A stretch of DNA of 64,000 nucleotides, taken from the sequence record MF360958.1. One strand, given 5' to 3'. The notes below the pieces were generated by a model. It ran no database searches. It had not been told where the DNA came from and saw nothing but the letters and a program-made list of their open reading frames with translations. A program made the position numbers and the translations under genes. Positions 59,554 through 64,000 of the stretch are shown here, one piece after another; the first letter of the stretch is position 1, and each line of letters opens with the position of its first letter.

Positions 59554-59970
59554 TTATTTTCTAGAAGAATCTTTCTGATAATTATTATCATTATCATCTT
59601 TACTATAGTATTCTTTCTGACGTTTAATAATACTTCTTTGTTGTTCAATAATACTTTTTAATTGATTCATGTTATATGTTAAATTTTTGTAACCTTCAGC
59701 GGTTAAAGATATATACACATCTGGCATATTAGATGCTTGACCATTAACAATCTTTTTCATTTTTTCTTTATTAAGAACATAAAATTTTAATTCATTCCAA
59801 GAAATATTATTAGGAGTCTGAATATCGAGAGGAATACGACAAACCATAACATTTTTCTCAGACTCAGATCCACCTAATTCGGGATCATTTTTCATGATTG
59901 TATCTGTCCATGAACAACCACCTAATAAAATTAAAAATAAAACTAATATACTTTTTTTCATATTAATCAT
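59554..59970 (-). CDS. o-spanin-like lipoprotein
   Basis: signal peptide with lipobox LLGGC; follows a TM coiled-coil gene. Confidence 0.75.
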   Translation of the reverse strand: MINMKKSILVLFLILLGGCSWTDTIMKNDPELGGSESEKNVMVCRIPLDIQTPNNISWNELKFYVLNKEKMKKIVNGQASNMPDVYISLTAEGYKNLTYNMNQLKSIIEQQRSIIKRQKEYYSKDDNDNNYQKDSSRK

Positions 59971-60499
59971 TATTATTCTCTTCTTTATTTGAATTTTGAT
60001 TTTTCAGTTTATTTTGATTAAATATAGATTTCAAACGTTTTTTGAATTCACGTGTACCATCATTGATACGGTTTTCAATCATATCTGGTTTTTGCCGAGC
60101 TAAATTTTCAAAATCTCTTTGTTCACCAGAAGAACTTTGATTAAAAATTTGTCTAAGTTTAGATATTTCTTTTTGATTTTTTATACGAGTCTCGCGCAAT
60201 TCTTTTGTGATATTTTGTTGTTTTTTAATATCTTGATTAATTTGTTTACGAAATTCATTAATATCGTCTACTAGATCATTATATTCTTTTTTTGTTTCTT
60301 CAACTTCTACATTTAAATCTGCATTTTTGCTTTGTAATTCTTGGTTTTCAGATTCTAATGAATTAATTCGATACCAACCATATAGTGCAATAGTACCAAT
60401 AATTAAATATACTGAAATATTTGAGAATTGAAAAAAGGACTTTATTGCACCTAAACTTATAAATCCTTTTTGTTTAGATAATAATTTATATTTCATCAT
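59963..60499 (-). CDS. i-spanin-like protein
   Basis: N-terminal TM helix, then a long coiled coil; overlaps the lipoprotein gene. Confidence 0.75.
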   Translation of the reverse strand: MMKYKLLSKQKGFISLGAIKSFFQFSNISVYLIIGTIALYGWYRINSLESENQELQSKNADLNVEVEETKKEYNDLVDDINEFRKQINQDIKKQQNITKELRETRIKNQKEISKLRQIFNQSSSGEQRDFENLARQKPDMIENRINDGTREFKKRLKSIFNQNKLKNQNSNKEENNND

Positions 60500-60936
60500 T
60501 TTAAGTCCTCTTTTGTTTCTTTTTTGTTTCTTTTTTTTTGTTTTTTACTATTACTTATGAAATAATTTTCAAGTTGTTCTTTGTTATATGTTTTTGAATG
60601 TTTTCCATAAACTTTCAAATCCCATTCTTCAAGATTGCTTGTGCTCATTAATTCGTAACATAATCTTAATATATCGTCAAATGTATTACTACTATTCGTT
60701 AACTCTACAAAGATTACATATTCAAAATTATTGTTTATGTAATTTGAATGAGAAACATCAATTAATGTTTTAAGTGGCATATAATTAATGAATGTTATTA
60801 TATCTTCTAATGCATTTCTTTCAGATATATAAAAATTAACAACTGTTATATCATCAGTATTACCACTTTTAGGGTAATACATACCTATTTCAATATAGGG
60901 TCTTAATATGTATTCAAGATCTTCGTATCTTAGCAT
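60496..60936 (-). CDS. hypothetical protein
   Basis: AAGGA RBS; ORF in the operon. Confidence 0.75.
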   Translation of the reverse strand: MLRYEDLEYILRPYIEIGMYYPKSGNTDDITVVNFYISERNALEDIITFINYMPLKTLIDVSHSNYINNNFEYVIFVELTNSSNTFDDILRLCYELMSTSNLEEWDLKVYGKHSKTYNKEQLENYFISNSKKQKKRNKKETKEDLK

Positions 60937-60949
60937 TTATATAATCCTT

Positions 60950-61510
60950 TTAAAATTCAAATTCTTCATCGTCACCTAATCCACCACCTTCATTATCTTC
61001 TTCATCACCGTTAATATTGGTTTGTTCAGAATCAACATAAACCGCTTCAATATCTTCATATTCAATATATTCGTCATCAATTTTAAACACAGTATTACCA
61101 TCAAGTGGTAGAAAGCGTTCAGGTATTTTAATTGATACAACCCATACATTGTGTTCAAAAAGTCTTTTTTCAAAACCTTCTTTTTCAAAAGATGTATTAT
61201 TAGTTGAGTTTGCTTTCACGTTTACAACACGGCGATATATGTCTTGTTCCATTTGAACTTTACATCCAATATTATCAAGACGCTCCATAACAATAGGATC
61301 AGGGTCCATATTTTCAGGAAACATCATTTTAAAAGATACAAAATATTTTTCCCTTTTAGGGCCTTCGATTAATTCACCGTTAATCCAATTTTTAAATGCG
61401 AATGCTCCAATTTGCTCTAGAAATGCTGCACATTCCATAGCAATATCAAGCATTCCATTCTGATCATTAAGCCTCTTAGTGTTTGAATAAATAGTGCTAG
61501 TAGTAATCAA
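60950..61510 (-). CDS. hypothetical late protein
   Basis: TTG start with GGAG RBS; GATAAATA box at 61532-61539. Confidence 0.75.
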   Translation of the reverse strand: MITTSTIYSNTKRLNDQNGMLDIAMECAAFLEQIGAFAFKNWINGELIEGPKREKYFVSFKMMFPENMDPDPIVMERLDNIGCKVQMEQDIYRRVVNVKANSTNNTSFEKEGFEKRLFEHNVWVVSIKIPERFLPLDGNTVFKIDDEYIEYEDIEAVYVDSEQTNINGDEEDNEGGGLGDDEEFEF

Positions 61511-61562
61511 TGTTTGTTCTCCATTTTAAACTATTTATCATAACTTAATACAAGAGGGTTAT

Positions 61563-63170
61563 ATGTCAACAAGAAAAAACAATCAAGAATCCAATCAAAA
61601 CGATTCTAAAAATATCATTGAACCAATGATTAAACCAAAGAATATGTCTCAGAATAATGCACTCAATGCATTAAATGATGAATCACTTAGTTACCATTTT
61701 CTCACTGGCAGTGCCGGAAGCGGGAAGACCCTTTTGGCTGTTCTTTACGCTATAAAGAAATTTGTAAATAAAGAATATAAAAAAATTGTCGTCACACGTC
61801 CTGCGGTTAATCTTGATGAAGAGCATGGTTTTCTCCCCGGTCCTCAGCCTCTTTATAGTAAAGTATTAACATCAAATGGATGGAAAACTATGGAAGAAAT
61901 GGTTATAGGAGAAGAAGTAATTACTGTTGATGGCCAAACTTCTATTATTGAAAACATATATCCTCAAGGTGTAAAAGATGTTTATGAAGTTAAAACATCT
62001 TATGGTAAAAGAGCACATGTTTGTGGAGATCACGTTTGGGAAGTTTCTACTAATAATGAAGAAAACGTTATAAAATCCACGAATCAAATAAAAGAACTTA
62101 TAAAAAATCAACATGTATATCTACCTACTATTAGTTATAATAAAATAAAATATAAAAATAACTTTGATATTATGAATACCTTATCTCATATGGTAATAGC
62201 TCATTTTAAAGATGTTAATATATCTATAAAACACAATCAAATAAATGAACATTCATTTGTTAAAGATAATATTTCTCATATATCTTTTGATCAATACAAC
62301 GGTCGCATTAATTACTATGAAAATCAGAATGGTTTAATGGTAATTTTTGATGATTACGAATATAAAATAAAAGATTTTATTGAAAAAATTATTCTAACAT
62401 CCAATATTGAAACAAAGTTATATATTATTAAACAGATTGAAAAAACGTTTGGTGATATTAATAAAGAACTCATAATTCAATCTTCCTATGTTATGAAATT
62501 TATTCAGTGGATGATGTTTTCAATGGGTTACAGTGTTGATATTCAAACAAATAATGATTACTACACTATTAATGTTAATAGAGATCCAGATCGTGATTAC
62601 ATTCAATCAATAGAATATGTTAAACAAGAACAAGTTCAATGTATTAGTATTGATGATGATCGCAACCTATACATTACTGATGATTTTATCCCAACACATA
62701 ATACTCTCGAAGAGAAAATGCATCCATGGATGCTTCCAATTTTTGATATTTTAAGTGAATTTTTTGATTCACAAACTCTTAAAAGCTATATTGAAAATGG
62801 TAATATTGAAATCGCACCGCTAGCTTATATGCGCGGTCGTAACCTTGGACCTATTATTATGGATGATAATCAAGAAGATCAAAGAGGTTATATCATCATT
62901 GCTGATGAAATGCAGAATAGTACAGAAGAACAAATGAAAATGCTTCTTACCCGTATTGGACATAATAGTAAAATGATTATTACAGGTGATCCTAGTCAAC
63001 ATGATAGAGATATGGATTCAAATGGTCTCATTGACATCATTCAGAAATTGAGATATAAAAAGATAAACTCTTGCAGTCTACATGAATTTAATGATCAAGA
63101 AGTTCAAAGATCTAAAGCAGTAAAAGACATTCTTAACGTTTATAGTGAAGGTAACAAGGAAAATCATTAA
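61563..63170 (+). CDS. phoH: PhoH-like ATPase interrupted by an intein
   Basis: TGSAGSGKT Walker A; TRPAV..GFLPG|TLEEKMHPW; IAPLAYMRGRN; IIADEMQN; LTRIG..SKMIITGDPSQHD. Confidence 0.92.
   Translation: MSTRKNNQESNQNDSKNIIEPMIKPKNMSQNNALNALNDESLSYHFLTGSAGSGKTLLAVLYAIKKFVNKEYKKIVVTRPAVNLDEEHGFLPGPQPLYSKVLTSNGWKTMEEMVIGEEVITVDGQTSIIENIYPQGVKDVYEVKTSYGKRAHVCGDHVWEVSTNNEENVIKSTNQIKELIKNQHVYLPTISYNKIKYKNNFDIMNTLSHMVIAHFKDVNISIKHNQINEHSFVKDNISHISFDQYNGRINYYENQNGLMVIFDDYEYKIKDFIEKIILTSNIETKLYIIKQIEKTFGDINKELIIQSSYVMKFIQWMMFSMGYSVDIQTNNDYYTINVNRDPDRDYIQSIEYVKQEQVQCISIDDDRNLYITDDFIPTHNTLEEKMHPWMLPIFDILSEFFDSQTLKSYIENGNIEIAPLAYMRGRNLGPIIMDDNQEDQRGYIIIADEMQNSTEEQMKMLLTRIGHNSKMIITGDPSQHDRDMDSNGLIDIIQKLRYKKINSCSLHEFNDQEVQRSKAVKDILNVYSEGNKENH
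61842..62702 (+). mobile_element. intein (287 aa), class-3 type (Pro1, W-C-T signature), with a decayed endonuclease region
   Basis: starts PQPLYSKV; block B CGDHVW; block F VQCISID; block G FIPTHN followed by Thr+1; removal restores GFLPG-TLEEKM. Confidence 0.85.
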
Positions 63171-63402
63171 AATAGCCTAGCTTCATCTTTTTGTAATCAT
63201 TATTTGTTAAAATAATCGAAACCGTATTATCATCATTAATGGTTATACGGTTTTTCTCTTTTATTTGAGAAATTCTAAGCTTTTTTGATATAATTCTAGC
63301 ACATATAATATTAAAATTATTATCATTACCGTGAATGATAATTGAATTAGTACTTAATTCCATTCTAAAGTCATAATTTAAAATAGATGCTTTTTTAATC
63401 AT
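63133..63402 (-). CDS. hypothetical protein
   Basis: ORF with AAGG RBS; converges on and overlaps the phoH 3' end by 38 bp. Confidence 0.55.
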   Translation of the reverse strand: MIKKASILNYDFRMELSTNSIIIHGNDNNFNIICARIISKKLRISQIKEKNRITINDDNTVSIILTNNDYKKMKLGYFNDFPCYLHYKR

Positions 63403-63432
63403 AAAACCTTATTGTTATTTTTATCTCAATAC

Positions 63433-63446
63433 TATAAATATTTATA
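63433..63446. promoter_or_regulatory. palindromic TATAAATATTTATA: late box on both strands between divergent genes
   Basis: 14-bp palindrome between ORF starts 63402 (-) and 63490 (+). Confidence 0.5.
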
Positions 63447-63489
63447 AGAAATTAAAATTGATTTCTTAATTCAATAAAGGAGAAGAAAG

Positions 63490-63705
63490 ATGACACATGA
63501 ACAAGCATTTCAGGAATATCTAGGCAGTCCCGCAAGCGGTAAAAAAGCATTTGTTATTGAACTAGCTGAGGGTGAGAATAATCCATTTTCTAAAATTGCT
63601 GGTGGAAAAATTACTGGTCGTGGTCGTATGATTATGAAAAGCAATGCTCTGTATATTGAAGCGGAGAGTTGTTCAAACAATGAAGCGCAAGAGCTTACAG
63701 TTTAA
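63490..63705 (+). CDS. small hypothetical protein
   Basis: AAGGAG RBS. Confidence 0.7.
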   Translation: MTHEQAFQEYLGSPASGKKAFVIELAEGENNPFSKIAGGKITGRGRMIMKSNALYIEAESCSNNEAQELTV

Positions 63706-63730
63706 ATAATACATTTTAAACATAGAACTA

Positions 63731-63757
63731 AAAAAGCCTCCATAAAGGAGGCTTTTT
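63731..63757. terminator. bidirectional intrinsic terminator
   Basis: AAAAAGCCTCC-ATAAA-GGAGGCTTTTT between convergent genes. Confidence 0.85.
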
Positions 63758-63759
63758 AT

Positions 63760-64000
63760 TTATACAGCCACTTGTGGTTTTGGAGTTTTCATAGGTGTTT
63801 TATTAACACGACCGTTATACAAAACATCTTCCCATTTCATATATAATAAATCATCAATTGTGTTTAATGATTTATTTAATTTTACACCAGTTTCATTCTC
63901 ATAATATTCACGTGTTAGAATCTCTTCTGTGTATTCTATCTGATTAGTGTATATATGTGCATCTGTTAGATCTATAGCCAGATGTCCTACATCCATATTA
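63760..64000 (-). CDS. thyA: thymidylate synthase, 3' fragment (gene runs off the window)
   Basis: VGHLAIDLTDAHIYTNQIE..EILTR matches the ThyA C-terminal D-x-H-I-Y-x-N motif. Confidence 0.75.
   Translation of the reverse strand, partial: NMDVGHLAIDLTDAHIYTNQIEYTEEILTREYYENETGVKLNKSLNTIDDLLYMKWEDVLYNGRVNKTPMKTPKPQVAV

Noticed and set aside
59406-59648. 80-aa minus-strand ORF between the o-spanin and clpA
   Set aside because: Overlaps the o-spanin 3' end and the clpA promoter; no RBS and low-complexity sequence.

Overview
Very AT-rich, densely coding segment of a tailed dsDNA jumbo phage with T4-like transcription signals. The host is probably a Gram-negative proteobacterium, inferred from the spanin pair and an RpoH-like sigma factor. 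Bases 1-18 kb are a minus-strand virion/tail cluster: a fibre/needle protein interrupted by a Cys-type mini-intein, a 1910-aa repeat fibre with exact internal DNA duplications, a PD-(D/E)XK exonuclease and probable head-core proteins. Bases 18-56 kb are an accessory mosaic of sigma70-promoter-driven genes interleaved with genes preceded by a NATAAATA late-promoter box. This part holds a BCS1-like AAA ATPase, an RpoH-like sigma factor, a PspC-domain protein, an Rnl1-type RNA ligase, an HslV-like peptidase and several expanded paralogue families. Bases 56-64 kb hold a beta-propeller protein, a ClpA-like ATPase, spanins, PhoH with a class-3-type intein and the 3' end of thyA. The best candidate for an undescribed system is a set of about 16 late genes with short N-terminal leaders ending in (L/I/M)-x-E, resembling T4 capsid-targeting/prohead-protease sites. 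These are fused to varied cargo (WC-motif domain, HExxH zincins, ART-like folds). Five of them are recently duplicated genes with a near-identical N-terminal module and tails built from variable numbers of 22-aa repeats. A second seven-member family uses similar repeats with a conserved C-terminal W-x3-FY...INKxKLxxGP cap. No tRNA, rRNA or CRISPR array was recognised. All family assignments come from motif recognition by eye, not from database searches.
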